64,000 bases of DNA from Candidatus Omnitrophota bacterium (GCA_003528115.1 DOGZ01000006.1:64076-128075), one strand, 5' to 3'; numbered from the stretch's first letter, positions 19,482-30,605 are shown. Numbers and translations are program-made. The notes: generated by a model not told the origin, from the sequence alone.

Positions 19482-20303
19482 CTACGGTAAAACGTACCCG
19501 TGTTTTTGATAAATTTCTCTGGCCCGGGAAGAAAACAGAAACGCGTAAAACTTCTCCGCCGCCAAAAGATTATGCTCTTGGGCGTGTTGCAGGATCACGA
19601 CCCCTTGCGCGATCGGCTCATAGGTTTCTGGATCGATTTCCATCCACCATCCCTGATTTATCATCCTCGGCGACCGTACGACCGATTTGGCCGTGAAACC
19701 GATATCAACGGCCTTTAAGGTGATGAACTGATTCACCTGGGCCACACTTTCCCCGTAAACTATTTTCTTGTTCACCGCTTCATAAAGCCCTTCCTGCTTG
19801 AGAACTTGAACCGCTTGCCGGCCATAAGGAGATATTTTAGGATTGGGGAGGGCGATTTTTTGAATCAAAGGCGACTTCAGGATATTTAACCCCGCCGATA
19901 AATCCATCTTCTTCCCTGTCCACAAAACCAGCGTTCCGTAAGCGTAAACTTCGGGTCGGCGCGGCGCGAGGCCTTTATGATACAACCCTTGCGGATACTC
20001 CATATCCGCCGAAAGAAACAGATCAAACGGCGCCCCTTGTTCAATCTGGGAAACGATTTTACCGGAAGAACCTATGACGCCTTTCAGAGGGATCTTTTCC
20101 GTTGTTTCAAAAACCATCTTTAATTCCTCAAAGACATACTGCGCGTTGGACGCCACGGCAACGGTCAATCCGTCGGCAAAGCAAAGGCCGGAAAATATAA
20201 TACTGAAAATAAATACGATGACCGTCCGCGCCAATTTTAGCCCGCGTTTCTCAAGAGAAAGGACGTTATGATATCCCTGCTTTCCTAATAAAAAACTTTT
20301 CAT
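19482..20303 (-). CDS. modA: molybdate ABC transporter substrate-binding protein
   Basis: VAVASN, GSSGKIVSQIEQGAPFDLFLSAD, NPKISPYG. Confidence 0.92.
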   Translation of the reverse strand: MKSFLLGKQGYHNVLSLEKRGLKLARTVIVFIFSIIFSGLCFADGLTVAVASNAQYVFEELKMVFETTEKIPLKGVIGSSGKIVSQIEQGAPFDLFLSADMEYPQGLYHKGLAPRRPEVYAYGTLVLWTGKKMDLSAGLNILKSPLIQKIALPNPKISPYGRQAVQVLKQEGLYEAVNKKIVYGESVAQVNQFITLKAVDIGFTAKSVVRSPRMINQGWWMEIDPETYEPIAQGVVILQHAQEHNLLAAEKFYAFLFSSRAREIYQKHGYVLP

Positions 20304-20893
20304 CCGCCCTCTTTTGCCGAACCCTTATTCAAAATCCCCGAAGACCAAATATCCATTACGGATTCAATGGCCTCGGGAAACGAGATCCTTTCTTCCCGGA
20401 GGAACTCCGGATTCAATACCTGGTCAATAGCGCCTAAATAAACACCCACGGCAACTGAGGGATGCACATTTCTAAATGCCCCCGCTTTTATCCCTTTTTG
20501 AATCTGTTCTCGAATATTTTGGATTTTCTCATTCCTGAACTTCGTAAAATCCTCATACAACAGCGGCACTTCTATCTTGATGTCTCCTAAAAAATGCTCG
20601 AACCATGGACCGAGCTGTTTTTGAATAAAAAACACACTCTTGCTAATAACCTCAAGGGAATCCGGATGAGCTTCTTCTATAAGATGCAACTCTTGATTAA
20701 TCTGATCTTTCAATCCCGAAAAAAGACCTTGGGCGATATCCTCCTTGCTGGGGAAGTATTTATAAATCGTATTCTTACTCATCATGAGGCCCTGCGCGAT
20801 CTCATCCATCGTGACTTTACGATAACCTGAGCGCATCATCAGCGTCATGGATACATTCAAAATTTTCTCTTTGATCCCATCGTTTAACTTCAT
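20300..20893 (-). CDS. TetR/AcrR family regulator
   Basis: GYRKVTMDEIAQGLMMSKNTIYKYFPSKEDI. Confidence 0.9.
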   Translation of the reverse strand: MKLNDGIKEKILNVSMTLMMRSGYRKVTMDEIAQGLMMSKNTIYKYFPSKEDIAQGLFSGLKDQINQELHLIEEAHPDSLEVISKSVFFIQKQLGPWFEHFLGDIKIEVPLLYEDFTKFRNEKIQNIREQIQKGIKAGAFRNVHPSVAVGVYLGAIDQVLNPEFLREERISFPEAIESVMDIWSSGILNKGSAKEGG

Positions 20894-20938
20894 AGGAGAT
20901 TATCATAAATTTATAAATACTCATTTAGTCTTTACAGT

Positions 20939-20966
20939 ATTCTATTAATAAACTATTCGCTGTCAA
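20939..20966 (-). promoter_or_regulatory. sigma70-type promoter for the tetR-mod operon
   Basis: TTGACA-N16-TAGAAT on the minus strand. Confidence 0.55.
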
Positions 20967-21008
20967 GAGGTTTTTTTGTGATCAACCCAAATCAAATAAA
21001 AAATTATC

Positions 21009-21036
21009 TTGACAAAAAGTAAATTAATTCTATACT
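21009..21036 (+). promoter_or_regulatory. sigma70-type promoter for the rrf2-cys operon
   Basis: TTGACA-N16-TATACT. Confidence 0.6.
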
Positions 21037-21062
21037 CTACTCATTCTATGGGATATTAGATT

Positions 21063-21518
21063 ATGTTATCAAAGAAAACCAAATACGGCTTAAAAGCTCT
21101 TATTTATTTAACACGGCATTATACCAAAGGCCCTGTTCTTATCACGGATCTGGCCGCCTCTGAACACATTCCAAGAAAATTCCTGGAAACCATTTTGCTG
21201 GAATTAAAAAATAGGGGCGTATTGCAAAGTAAAAAAGGCCCTGGCGGAGGGTATTCCCTGGCGCGTCCTCCCCGGGATATTAAATTAGGCGAGATTGTTC
21301 GCTTGCTCAATGGGCCGTTAGCTCCGGTGAGCTGCGTGAGTCAGACAGCCTATCGGCGGTGCGAAGAATGCGCCGATGAAAACTCCTGCGGGATTCAAAT
21401 TGTGATGAAGGATGTCCGGGATGCCATCGCCCAAATCCTTGATTCAACGAGTTTTGACGATATCGTCCGCCGGATCCAGGAACAAACAGAAAAAGATATT
21501 TTTAATTTTATAATCTGA
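21063..21518 (+). CDS. Rrf2 family regulator
   Basis: [20 protein letters not shown], Cys-rich C-terminal segment. Confidence 0.9.
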   Translation: MLSKKTKYGLKALIYLTRHYTKGPVLITDLAASEHIPRKFLETILLELKNRGVLQSKKGPGGGYSLARPPRDIKLGEIVRLLNGPLAPVSCVSQTAYRRCEECADENSCGIQIVMKDVRDAIAQILDSTSFDDIVRRIQEQTEKDIFNFII

Positions 21519-21528
21519 GACAACGCTC

Positions 21529-22542
21529 ATGAAACTTAAATTCCTTTTAATATTTTTCTTACCGGCAATTTTATGGATAACTTTCTCCGGCACCGTTTCA
21601 CGGGCAAAAAAAATAACCCTCTTAAACCTCTCTTACGATCCCACCCGCGAATTATACGAGGAGTTTAATAACGCCTTCGCCAAACATTGGAAGAACCAAA
21701 CCGGTGAGGATGTCACCATTTATCAATCCCACGGCGGCAGCGGTAAACAAGCCCGAACGATCATTGACGGTTTGGAAGCGGATGTCGTGACCTTGGCCCT
21801 GGCTTATGACATTGATGCCATTGCGGAAAGGGCCGGCCTCTTGGATCAAAATTGGCAGTCGTTGTTACCGAACAATAGCTGCCCGTACACCTCAACCATT
21901 GTCTTCCTGGTCCGCAAAGGGAATCCCAAGAATATCCGGGACTGGGACGATTTAGCCAAACCAGGCATCCAAATTATTACTCCCAATCCCAAGATCTCCG
22001 GCGGTGCCAGATGGAATTATTTGGCGGCCTGGGGGGTCGCCTTGCATAAATGGGATCGTGATGAACAAAAGGCCATGTCATTTTTAAAAACCATTTTCAA
22101 AAACGTGCCTGTCCTGGATTCCGGGGCCCGGGGGGCGGCCACGACATTCATTGAACGCAAAATTGGAGATGTCCTGATCACGTGGGAAAATGAAGCTTAT
22201 CTGGCGGTCAATAAACTCGCCGGCGATCAGTTTGAAATTATCGTCCCTTCATTAAGCATTTTAGCAGAACCGCCGGTGGCCCTCGTTAAGCGTAACGCGG
22301 ATCAGCATGGCACGCGCCGGATGGCTGAAGAGTATCTCAAATATCTTTATTCTGAAGAAGGGCAAATAATCGCGGCGCGACATTATTTTCGACCACAATC
22401 AGAATCAGTCGCTCAAAGATACGCGGACCAATTTCAACCTGTTAAACTCTTTACGATCAAGGATGTCTTCGGCAGTTGGAAGAAGGCGCAAAGAACGCAT
22501 TTCTCCGATGGCGGCACCTTTGATCAAATTTATGAAAATTAA
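21529..22542 (+). CDS. sbp: sulfate ABC transporter substrate-binding protein
   Basis: [37 protein letters not shown]. Confidence 0.93.
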   Translation: MKLKFLLIFFLPAILWITFSGTVSRAKKITLLNLSYDPTRELYEEFNNAFAKHWKNQTGEDVTIYQSHGGSGKQARTIIDGLEADVVTLALAYDIDAIAERAGLLDQNWQSLLPNNSCPYTSTIVFLVRKGNPKNIRDWDDLAKPGIQIITPNPKISGGARWNYLAAWGVALHKWDRDEQKAMSFLKTIFKNVPVLDSGARGAATTFIERKIGDVLITWENEAYLAVNKLAGDQFEIIVPSLSILAEPPVALVKRNADQHGTRRMAEEYLKYLYSEEGQIIAARHYFRPQSESVAQRYADQFQPVKLFTIKDVFGSWKKAQRTHFSDGGTFDQIYEN

Positions 22543-22579
22543 ATTACCCTAAAAAACTTTTAACAACTTCTCTATTACT

Positions 22580-23413
22580 ATGTTTCTCCTTAAACAACGC
22601 TCCTCACTACCCGGGTTTCATTTGGCTTTAGGCTATACCGTATTTTACTTAAGCCTGATTGTTTTGATCCCGTTATCGACGCTCTTTATCAAATCTTCCT
22701 CTTTGGATTGGAAGACGTTTATAGACATTGTCTCCGCCCCGCGCACTTTAGCCGCCATCCGGTTGAGTTTCAGCACCGCTTTTGTGGCAGCCTCGGTCAA
22801 TGTTTTCTTCGGGTTCATGATCGCGTGGGTCCTGGCGCGCTATCGCTTTCCGGGCAAAAAAATTATCGACGCGCTCATTGATTTCCCCTTCGCCTTACCC
22901 ACGGCGGTGGCGGGAATTGCCTTAACCGCGCTTTATTCCCCCCACGGCTGGGTCGGCCGGTATTTATATTCCTGGGGCATTGAATCCGCCTATAGTCCTC
23001 TGGGGATTACCTTGGCGCTCATTTTTATCGGCCTGCCTTTTGTTGTCCGCACGATTGAGCCGGTTATCCAAGAACTCGACCCTGAACTGGAAGAAGCCGC
23101 GGCCAGCCTTGGCGCCGGACGTTGGCAGACGTTTGGACGGGTACTTTTCCCGGTTTTGCTGCCGCCGCTTTTGACGGGATTTAATCTGGCTTTTGCCAGG
23201 GGCATTGCGGAATACGGATCCATTATTTTCATCGCCGGCAATATGCCCGGCAAAACCGAGATCGCGCCTCTTTTAATTATCACGAAGCTGGAACAATTTG
23301 ATTACACCGGAGCGACCGCGATTGCCGTCGTCATGTTAACCATTTCATTTATTCTTTTGGCTATAACAAATTTCTTACAATGGTGGGCATCTAAACGCAT
23401 TGGAATCAATTAA
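22580..23413 (+). CDS. cysT: sulfate ABC transporter permease CysT
   Basis: IDFPFALPTAVAGIAL, EEAAASLGA. Confidence 0.92.
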   Translation: MFLLKQRSSLPGFHLALGYTVFYLSLIVLIPLSTLFIKSSSLDWKTFIDIVSAPRTLAAIRLSFSTAFVAASVNVFFGFMIAWVLARYRFPGKKIIDALIDFPFALPTAVAGIALTALYSPHGWVGRYLYSWGIESAYSPLGITLALIFIGLPFVVRTIEPVIQELDPELEEAAASLGAGRWQTFGRVLFPVLLPPLLTGFNLAFARGIAEYGSIIFIAGNMPGKTEIAPLLIITKLEQFDYTGATAIAVVMLTISFILLAITNFLQWWASKRIGIN

Positions 23414-23414
23414 C

Positions 23415-24257
23415 ATGTCTCAATCTCGACAGGAACCAACCATCATCCGACGAATACTCATTACCATCGCCTTATGGTATATAGGGTTTTTCTTGGTTTT
23501 ACCTTTAATGATCGTCTTTGCCTCGGCGCTCCATCAAGGCGTCGGCGTTTACCTAAGCTCGCTCCATGATCCTATGACCCTGGCCGCCATTCGCCTGACG
23601 CTCCTGACAGCGGTTGTCGCTGTGCCCCTCAATCTTTTTTTCGGCATTGCCGCCTCGTGGGCGATTGTGAAATTTGATTTCCGGGGGAAGAATCTCCTCC
23701 TGACGCTCATTGATTTACCTTTATCCGTTTCCCCGGTGATCTCCGGCTTAATTTACGTTTTACTGTTTGGCGCCCATGGCGCGTGGGGGCCTTGGCTAAA
23801 GGCGCACGGGATTCAAATTATTTTTACACCCGCGGCCATTATTCTGACGACGCTTTTCGTCACCTTCCCCCTGGTGGCCCGTGAACTGATTCCCATGATG
23901 AAAACCCTGGGCAACGATGAGGAAGAGGCGGCCATCACCCTCGGCGCCGGCGGATTTAAAACATTCTGGTATGTGACGTTGCCGAATATCAAGTGGGGGC
24001 TGTTGTACGGTGTGCTTTTATGCAACGCGCGGGCTATGGGGGAATTCGGCGCCGTCTCCGTCGTTTCCGGACATATCCGCGGCCTCACCAACACCCTGCC
24101 GCTTCATATTGAAATTTTGTATAACGAATATCAGTTTACAGCCGCCTTTGCCGCGGCCTCTCTTCTGGTTTTTCTGGCCCTGGTCACATTGGTGGCCAAG
24201 TCATTGATTGAACTAAAATTTAAAGCAGAACAGATGCCGCTGCTCAAGGGGAAATAA
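23415..24257 (+). CDS. cysW: sulfate ABC transporter permease CysW
   Basis: IDLPLSVSPVISG, NARAMGEFGAVSVVSGHIRG. Confidence 0.92.
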   Translation: MSQSRQEPTIIRRILITIALWYIGFFLVLPLMIVFASALHQGVGVYLSSLHDPMTLAAIRLTLLTAVVAVPLNLFFGIAASWAIVKFDFRGKNLLLTLIDLPLSVSPVISGLIYVLLFGAHGAWGPWLKAHGIQIIFTPAAIILTTLFVTFPLVARELIPMMKTLGNDEEEAAITLGAGGFKTFWYVTLPNIKWGLLYGVLLCNARAMGEFGAVSVVSGHIRGLTNTLPLHIEILYNEYQFTAAFAAASLLVFLALVTLVAKSLIELKFKAEQMPLLKGK

Positions 24258-24265
24258 CTGACCTG

Positions 24266-24313
24266 CCGACTTCCATAAAAAGCAATGAAACACTTTGGTC
24301 GTCAGCCCCAACT
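24266..24313. repeat. REP/MITE-like element, family A copy 3 (inverted, partial)
   Basis: GACTTCCATAAAAAGCAATGAAACACTTTGGTCGTCAGCCCCAACT resembles the reverse complement of ~4137-4183. Confidence 0.6.
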
Positions 24314-24345
24314 GTTCTGCGTTAATTATTCATGGGAGAACATCT

Positions 24346-25404
24346 ATGAGCATTGAAGTCAAAGGCGTATCCAAGACATTCGACACATTCAAGGCCCTGG
24401 ATCGCGTCGATTTAAACATTGAGACCGGCGAACTCCTCGCCCTTCTGGGGCCTTCCGGATCAGGAAAAACGACCCTCCTGCGCATCATTGCCGGGCTGGA
24501 AGTCGCGGATGAAGGCCAAATTCTTTTTCACGGTGAGGATACCAAAGAAAGGAAGGTCAAGGACCGCCAGGTAGGGTTTGTTTTCCAGCATTACGCGCTG
24601 TTTCGCCACATGACCGTTTTTGAAAACATTGCTTTCGGCTTACGGGTTAAACCCAAACATCTGCGCCTGTCCGACGCACAAATCAAAGAAAAAGTTCACG
24701 GGCTTTTGCGATTAATCCAGTTGGATTATATCGGAGAGCGTTACCCCTGGCAACTCTCCGGCGGACAACGCCAGCGCATTGCCCTGGCCCGGGCTTTAGC
24801 GGTTGAACCTAAAGTGCTTCTTTTAGATGAACCTTTTGGTTCTCTGGACGCGCAAGTGCGTAAAGAACTGCGTCAATGGCTGCGCCGGTTTCATGATCAA
24901 CTGCATATCACCAGCCTGTTTGTCACTCACGACCAGGAAGAAGCGCTGGAAGTGGCGGATAAAATTGTCGTCATGAATAAGGGGCGTCTGGAACAGGTGG
25001 GAACGCCGGAGGAGGTGTATCATAAACCGGCGAATAAATTTGTCTTAAACTTCTTGGGGAACGTCAACTTCTTCCATGCGCGGGTTGTAGACGGAAAAGC
25101 CTACCTGGGCAACGCCATGATCGACCTGCCGGATCTGCATAAAAACAGCAAGACGGCCAGTCTTTTTGTCCGGCCGCATCAGTTTGAACTCACCCGTCAG
25201 CCTAAAGACGGTTCATCGCTCAAGGCTGTCGCACTCACCATTAATCCCGCCGGCTCCGTCGTCAAAATCGATTTAAAATCCGAGGGAGGCGACACTTTCC
25301 AGGCCGAAATCACGCAAGAGGAATTTCAGGCCCTGCGTTTTCAGAAAGGCGACACGATCTACGTCTCCCTGCGCCAGGTAACGTATTATGAATATGAAAT
25401 CTGA
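24346..25404 (+). CDS. cysA: sulfate ABC transporter ATPase
   Basis: [30 protein letters not shown]. Confidence 0.92.
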   Translation: MSIEVKGVSKTFDTFKALDRVDLNIETGELLALLGPSGSGKTTLLRIIAGLEVADEGQILFHGEDTKERKVKDRQVGFVFQHYALFRHMTVFENIAFGLRVKPKHLRLSDAQIKEKVHGLLRLIQLDYIGERYPWQLSGGQRQRIALARALAVEPKVLLLDEPFGSLDAQVRKELRQWLRRFHDQLHITSLFVTHDQEEALEVADKIVVMNKGRLEQVGTPEEVYHKPANKFVLNFLGNVNFFHARVVDGKAYLGNAMIDLPDLHKNSKTASLFVRPHQFELTRQPKDGSSLKAVALTINPAGSVVKIDLKSEGGDTFQAEITQEEFQALRFQKGDTIYVSLRQVTYYEYEI

Positions 25405-25450
25405 TCCTTCGTACTAACCGTCCCATTCCTTGCCGCGGTTAACCAGGAAA

Positions 25451-27871
25451 TTATTCCAGATGTTGAATCCTTAAATCGCCGAAGGAACGGATCACGAAAT
25501 ACAAAGACGCGAGGAAAAAGAGAATCGCTAAAATAAGATTGACCTGGGGATCCAGCTCAATGGCGATCTCAACAGCCAGAAGTCCGAACAGCGTTGTAAA
25601 TTTTATCAAAGGATTAATCGCGACTGACGACGTGTCTTTAAACGGATCTCCAACGGTATCTCCGATCACCGTGGCCGCGTGAAGAGCCGTTCCTTTTTGA
25701 TCTTTGTATTTCACTTCAACCAACTTTTTCGCGTTGTCCCACGCCCCGCCGGCATTGGCCATGAAAATCGCCTGAAACAACCCAAAGATCGCCAATGAGA
25801 TCAAATACCCGACAAAAAAGAACGGATTAAAACAGGCAAAGGCCAACGTGCTCAAAAGAATCACCAGAAAGATATTCACCATGCTTTTCTGAACAAACTT
25901 TGTGCAAATTTCCACAACCTTCTTGCTGTCCTCAACCGAAGCCTTTGTCGCGCCTTCAAGTTTTATATTATCTTTAATAAAAGCGACCGCGTGATACGCC
26001 CCGGCCGTCACGGCGTGCAACGACGCGCCGGTAAACCAATAAATCACCGCGCCGCCGGCAATTAATCCCAGAAAAAACGGAGGATAGAGAAGAGAAAGTT
26101 TTTCGATATTCACCGTTAACCCGTGCGTAAGGATGACGATGATCGAAAAAATCATCGTCGTAGCCCCAACGACCGCCGTCCCGATAAGGACCGGTTTGGC
26201 CGTAGCCTTAAACGTATTACCGGCGCCGTCATTGGCTTCAAGATTATTTTTCGCTATCTCAAAATCAGGCGTAAATCCGAATTTTTCTTTGATCTCTGTC
26301 TTGATATTCGGGATTCCCTCAATGAGAGAAAGTTCATAAATGGATTGGGCATTGTCCGCGACGGGCCCGTAAGAATCCACGGCAATCGTCACCGGCCCCA
26401 TCCCCAAGAAGCCAAAGGCGACCAGTCCGAAGGCGAATATCGCCGGCGCGATCATAAGATCCGCCAAACCCTGCAAACTTACCCAATACGACATCCCCAT
26501 CAAAAACATAATCACCATCCCCATCCAGTACGCGCTGAAATTACCCGTTGTTAATCCCGCGAGAATATTGAGAGACCCGCCGCCCTTTTTAGAAAATTCA
26601 AAGATGTTTCTTACATAAATGGACTCCGTGGAGGTGAACACTTTGACTAATTCCGGAATCAAGGCCCCTGCAATGGTGCCGCACGAAATAATAGCGGCCA
26701 GCTTCCACCACAACGTTCCGCCGCCAAGCTCCGGGATTAAAAGATACGATGTGATAAACGTCAAGATAATCGATATGATCGACGTAATCCATACCAGCGA
26801 GGTCAACGGGATCTCATAGTTCATTTCTCGCGCATTTCCAAAACGGGCAAAGGAGATCATGCCATTGATCCAATACGCGAGACCGCTGGCGATAATCATA
26901 ATCAGCCGCATAACGAAAATCCAGACAAGAAGCTGAACTTGAAGAACGGGTTCAGGGATAGCCACCAGGATAAACGTAATCAGAGCGACCCCGGTGACGC
27001 CATACGTTTCAAAGCCGTCGGCCGTCGGCCCCACCGAATCACCGGCATTATCTCCCACGCAATCAGCGATAACGCCCGGATTACGGGCGTCGTCTTCCTT
27101 AATATTAAACGCGATCTTCATGAGGTCAGATCCAATGTCCGCGATCTTTGTAAAAATCCCGCCGGCGATCCTCAGCACGGACGCCCCCAAAGACTCCCCG
27201 ATCGCGAAACCTATAAAACACGGCCCCGCGTACTGAGGATCGATAAAAAGGAGGATACACAACATGATAAAAAGTTCGACGCTTACCAACACCATCCCAA
27301 GACTCATCCCCGCCTGCAAGGGGATAGAATAAACAGGATACGCTTTCCCTCTGAGACTGGCAAACGCGGAACAGGAATTAGCCATCGTATTAATCCGCAT
27401 CCCAAACCAGGCGACAAAATAACTTCCCGCGATACCTACCAAACTGGAAGCAACGATCATCGCCACCTTCGCGGCCTCAAAATGACGCAACACGCCGAAA
27501 TAACCGATAATAATAAGTCCTATGACCAGCTCCAGCCAAAGAATAAATTTTCCCTGCTCAATAAGATATGTCTTGCATGTGGCATAAATAAGTTCGGCAA
27601 CCTCGCGCATAACTTCATGAGTTTCAATCTTCCTGATCTGAAGGAACTGGACCAGGCCGAAAAGAAATCCAAACCCGCAGATGATCATCCCCCAGAGAAG
27701 GATCGCGTGACCGTTCATTTTCAAGAACGTCTCCGAAGACAAATCCGGGATAATCAAATCCGCCTCGCTCGCCCAAACGGGCTGGGCGACGGCCATCAAT
27801 CCCATCAGAATCATAAATAAAATTGTCCTAAAAAATCTTCCTTTTCCCGCGTCGAAAATGCGCATTATCAT
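25451..27871 (-). CDS. hppA: membrane-bound ion-translocating pyrophosphatase
   Basis: GGIFTKIADIGSDL, EDDARNPGVIADCVGDNAGD, GGAWDNAKK, GDTVGDPFKDTS. Confidence 0.93.
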   Translation of the reverse strand: MIMRIFDAGKGRFFRTILFMILMGLMAVAQPVWASEADLIIPDLSSETFLKMNGHAILLWGMIICGFGFLFGLVQFLQIRKIETHEVMREVAELIYATCKTYLIEQGKFILWLELVIGLIIIGYFGVLRHFEAAKVAMIVASSLVGIAGSYFVAWFGMRINTMANSCSAFASLRGKAYPVYSIPLQAGMSLGMVLVSVELFIMLCILLFIDPQYAGPCFIGFAIGESLGASVLRIAGGIFTKIADIGSDLMKIAFNIKEDDARNPGVIADCVGDNAGDSVGPTADGFETYGVTGVALITFILVAIPEPVLQVQLLVWIFVMRLIMIIASGLAYWINGMISFARFGNAREMNYEIPLTSLVWITSIISIILTFITSYLLIPELGGGTLWWKLAAIISCGTIAGALIPELVKVFTSTESIYVRNIFEFSKKGGGSLNILAGLTTGNFSAYWMGMVIMFLMGMSYWVSLQGLADLMIAPAIFAFGLVAFGFLGMGPVTIAVDSYGPVADNAQSIYELSLIEGIPNIKTEIKEKFGFTPDFEIAKNNLEANDGAGNTFKATAKPVLIGTAVVGATTMIFSIIVILTHGLTVNIEKLSLLYPPFFLGLIAGGAVIYWFTGASLHAVTAGAYHAVAFIKDNIKLEGATKASVEDSKKVVEICTKFVQKSMVNIFLVILLSTLAFACFNPFFFVGYLISLAIFGLFQAIFMANAGGAWDNAKKLVEVKYKDQKGTALHAATVIGDTVGDPFKDTSSVAINPLIKFTTLFGLLAVEIAIELDPQVNLILAILFFLASLYFVIRSFGDLRIQHLE

Positions 27872-28012
27872 TTCAACTCCTCTCTTTGTTTTATATTATT
27901 AGCAGGCGTCATTATAACAACCACCCCCGCCCAACACCAGAGAAAATCAGGCTTTTTTTGGCTCTTTTTTTAGTTTTTCAAATACTTTCTCTGTTTCCCA
28001 TTCATAAAAAAA

Positions 28013-28045
28013 TGGCGAAGCATGCTTTTCAGGGGTGCTTCGCCA
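28013..28045 (-). terminator. intrinsic terminator closing the magnetosome cluster
   Basis: TGGCGAAGCA/TGCTTCGCCA stem preceded by an A-tract. Confidence 0.7.
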
Positions 28046-28085
28046 CTAAAATCCGCCACTACCTATTGCTTCAACGACTACTGCA

Positions 28086-28259
28086 TTAATTGTTGAGGAG
28101 GTCTTCTTTCTTTTTCTCAACATAATCTATGAGCCCTGCCAGGCGCTCAACTTCTAGTTCTAGATCTTTGCTATGACCACCGTACTCAAACCATACTTTA
28201 TTATTCTTGTGCCATTCATAAAATTGTTTGCCGAGATCATGAAAAAAACGATTATTCAT
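28086..28259 (-). CDS. small helical protein, magnetosome-cluster tail
   Basis: GGAG RBS; shares an F..(L/F)G...Y motif with the N-termini of both HEAT proteins. Confidence 0.6.
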   Translation of the reverse strand: MNNRFFHDLGKQFYEWHKNNKVWFEYGGHSKDLELEVERLAGLIDYVEKKKEDLLNN

Positions 28260-28264
28260 AGACG

Positions 28265-28636
28265 TTACTCCACGCAATTAAATAACGCACACAAGACACG
28301 CTTCGTCATGCCAGAAATTCTGCCCGCACCGTAAGCGGCATCATCGATGAAATCCCAAGGATGCACATCCTTGAGGTTGGTTTTAAACTGCTTTGTCACT
28401 TCCTTAAACATCGAAATTGTTTCCTCGGTGATCTTTTTGGTCTTGGGGCCTTTAACCTTATGATGATCGTCAAGAATGATGTTCGCAACGCGCTCCGCGC
28501 TGCGCGAAAAACTTTGACCAATTCCTGTCACGGATTTCTTTATGGCTGAGGCCTTTCGGTCTTGCCCTTTATTTCTTTTTTGTTTCGTTGCGCCTGCTAT
28601 AGTTTCATTCACGGTATATGTCCGATTATAAGCCAT
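28265..28636 (-). CDS. basic helical hypothetical protein, magnetosome-cluster tail
   Basis: ATG 28636 just after the stop of the upstream gene; AYGAG motif similar to the 30627 ORF. Confidence 0.6.
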   Translation of the reverse strand: MAYNRTYTVNETIAGATKQKRNKGQDRKASAIKKSVTGIGQSFSRSAERVANIILDDHHKVKGPKTKKITEETISMFKEVTKQFKTNLKDVHPWDFIDDAAYGAGRISGMTKRVLCALFNCVE

Positions 28637-28643
28637 AAATTTT

Positions 28644-30605
28644 TTACTTATGACGTTTATCTTTCTGACTTCTGCTGTTTGTCCCCTTGCCTCCCCTGCC
28701 CCGAACGACGCCGCGGGATGCGCTCTGCGCTTTTGGAAGGTTGTCCTTGTTTTTACGCTCGTGTTCCATGCGAAGATCACGCAAGAGGCGGGGATGCATA
28801 TAACTCTCTTGAGCGAGCGCTTTCCATGGCCGCGTCTGGCGCTCACGCTCCGACTCGGACGCCGCGTAATCATATCCGAGATCGGTACCCGCCATGACTT
28901 TAAGCATCATGATAGCTTCTTTACGAATTTTAATATTCGGGGCTTCGAGTTTCGGCACAAGGTTAACGAAGGCAAAATGATTAGCCATTGACCCGAGTTT
29001 TCGGATCGCGATACGCGCGACACTCTCATCGCTGTCATTCGCTAAACTCGCGATGGCCGTCGCTTCAGGCTCCCCCCCTGTGTGCTCCAGATAGTTCACG
29101 ATAAATCTGCGGACATGAGGGGCATGATCACCGATCGCTGATAGAACAACGTGCTTCGCTTCCACGGAGCCGAGTTTGACAAGCCCCATCATTCCCGCAA
29201 GCCGCAACGAAGAATTTTCGTCCGTTATAAACCGGCGGTAAAGGCCGACCATCGTCGGATAATCCAGCAGGCTCAAAAGAGACAGGAGTTGTCTTTTGGA
29301 AAATATATCCGCGTCCCTAACTAATTCATAGAGAAAGAGGACTGCCCTTTGGGGGGCATTACGGAAAAGGGTGTGCAAAACCGTCAGTTTCTCATCATTA
29401 TCAGCGATTTCACTTTTCAACTTGCGAGAAGCGGTCTCAAAAAAACCGTAGTCATCTATGTCATCGGTGCCCTCTTCCGTTCCTTGTTCCGCTGTGGGAA
29501 ATTCTTCCACTTCTTCTCCGGAAGATTCTTCAACGGCCGTTTTTTCTGAATTTTCCTCAAACGGGCATTCATCCAGGGTAGGCGATTCTGTGGAATCCTC
29601 CGACGAAGTTATAGGTTGAGGGACCGCAGACCTCAGGGCTTCCCGATCCTTTTCTTTCTCCCGGGCTAACCGACCCTCCTCAAGGTCTTTTTCGTACACC
29701 TCCTTGATATTCTTAAAAAGACCGACGACTTCATCGATAAGAACATCTATGCGCTTGGTTGTCTGGACCACATCCTGGTCGACCCGTGCGAGAAAATCCT
29801 CTTCGGTTTTCCATGATGTGCTTTCAGTGTTTTCGGTAAAGAATTGTTTTTTCTTTTCCATCATGAATTTTATCACCTCCCGTTTCTTCTCCATCAGTAA
29901 AGTAATCGTTTGTATCTTTTCATCCACGGCGGCCTGATAAGCCGCAGTCCTCTCACCGGTCACATGCAAAAGACCGCCAGAGATACAGTCGTTAAAATCC
30001 CTTCGGACCTCATGGAGGCTATTTGCAAGAAAACGGAGGTCGACCATCAGTTCAGTATATGGCTCCAGTTGGCCCCGCCGTTCGATACCAAGACTGTGTC
30101 GTCCTTTTTCTTCCGCAGCCGCCATTGGGCGATCGGAGCGAGAGGGCGGCGGAGTGCCGGATCCAGGCGATTTGGCCAAAAACACGTTCTTGACGCCCTT
30201 TAAAATCGCCGCCACTTTATTTTTTTGGGCTTTAGGTCTGGACGTGGCGACTGAAGGTTTGACCGCAACTTTCATCTTTGACGCTTTGGTTGGCGCTGTC
30301 CGCTGAGAGGTGGCGGAGAGGCCAAGTTTAGGTATTTCGACAGGCTCCGCGCGCCGCCTGAGCCTGTCCTGGGCCTTGGATTGAGAAAATCGAGGGGTTG
30401 GTTTCTTGTTAGAAATCTTCTGCGCGACAATATCTCGAATAAGTCTCTTGGCCTGCGTTGTTAATGCGCCGTCAGTTGGATCGAAATAGTAAGAAATAGC
30501 GCCGGCCTGAATATTCTCGTATAGCAATCTACCGAAAGAGGTAAACAGAGAATCTACCTGCGTGTCGCATTCCTTAAGAAGTTCCTGTGTCTTTTTTGTG
30601 ATCAT
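28644..30605 (-). CDS. coiled-coil, acidic linker and HEAT-repeat protein (Mad23-like)
   Basis: C-terminal HEAT/PBS repeats (D...VRR..V..L), central coiled coil; magnetosome-cluster context. Confidence 0.65.
   Translation of the reverse strand: MITKKTQELLKECDTQVDSLFTSFGRLLYENIQAGAISYYFDPTDGALTTQAKRLIRDIVAQKISNKKPTPRFSQSKAQDRLRRRAEPVEIPKLGLSATSQRTAPTKASKMKVAVKPSVATSRPKAQKNKVAAILKGVKNVFLAKSPGSGTPPPSRSDRPMAAAEEKGRHSLGIERRGQLEPYTELMVDLRFLANSLHEVRRDFNDCISGGLLHVTGERTAAYQAAVDEKIQTITLLMEKKREVIKFMMEKKKQFFTENTESTSWKTEEDFLARVDQDVVQTTKRIDVLIDEVVGLFKNIKEVYEKDLEEGRLAREKEKDREALRSAVPQPITSSEDSTESPTLDECPFEENSEKTAVEESSGEEVEEFPTAEQGTEEGTDDIDDYGFFETASRKLKSEIADNDEKLTVLHTLFRNAPQRAVLFLYELVRDADIFSKRQLLSLLSLLDYPTMVGLYRRFITDENSSLRLAGMMGLVKLGSVEAKHVVLSAIGDHAPHVRRFIVNYLEHTGGEPEATAIASLANDSDESVARIAIRKLGSMANHFAFVNLVPKLEAPNIKIRKEAIMMLKVMAGTDLGYDYAASESERERQTRPWKALAQESYMHPRLLRDLRMEHERKNKDNLPKAQSASRGVVRGRGGKGTNSRSQKDKRHK

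Noticed and set aside
21529-25404. Sulfate uptake next to the cluster as evidence for greigite magnetosomes
   Set aside because: An ordinary assimilatory ABC operon on the opposite strand with its own regulator; mineral type cannot be read from it
26939-27820. 293-aa plus-strand ORF
   Set aside because: Antisense shadow of hppA
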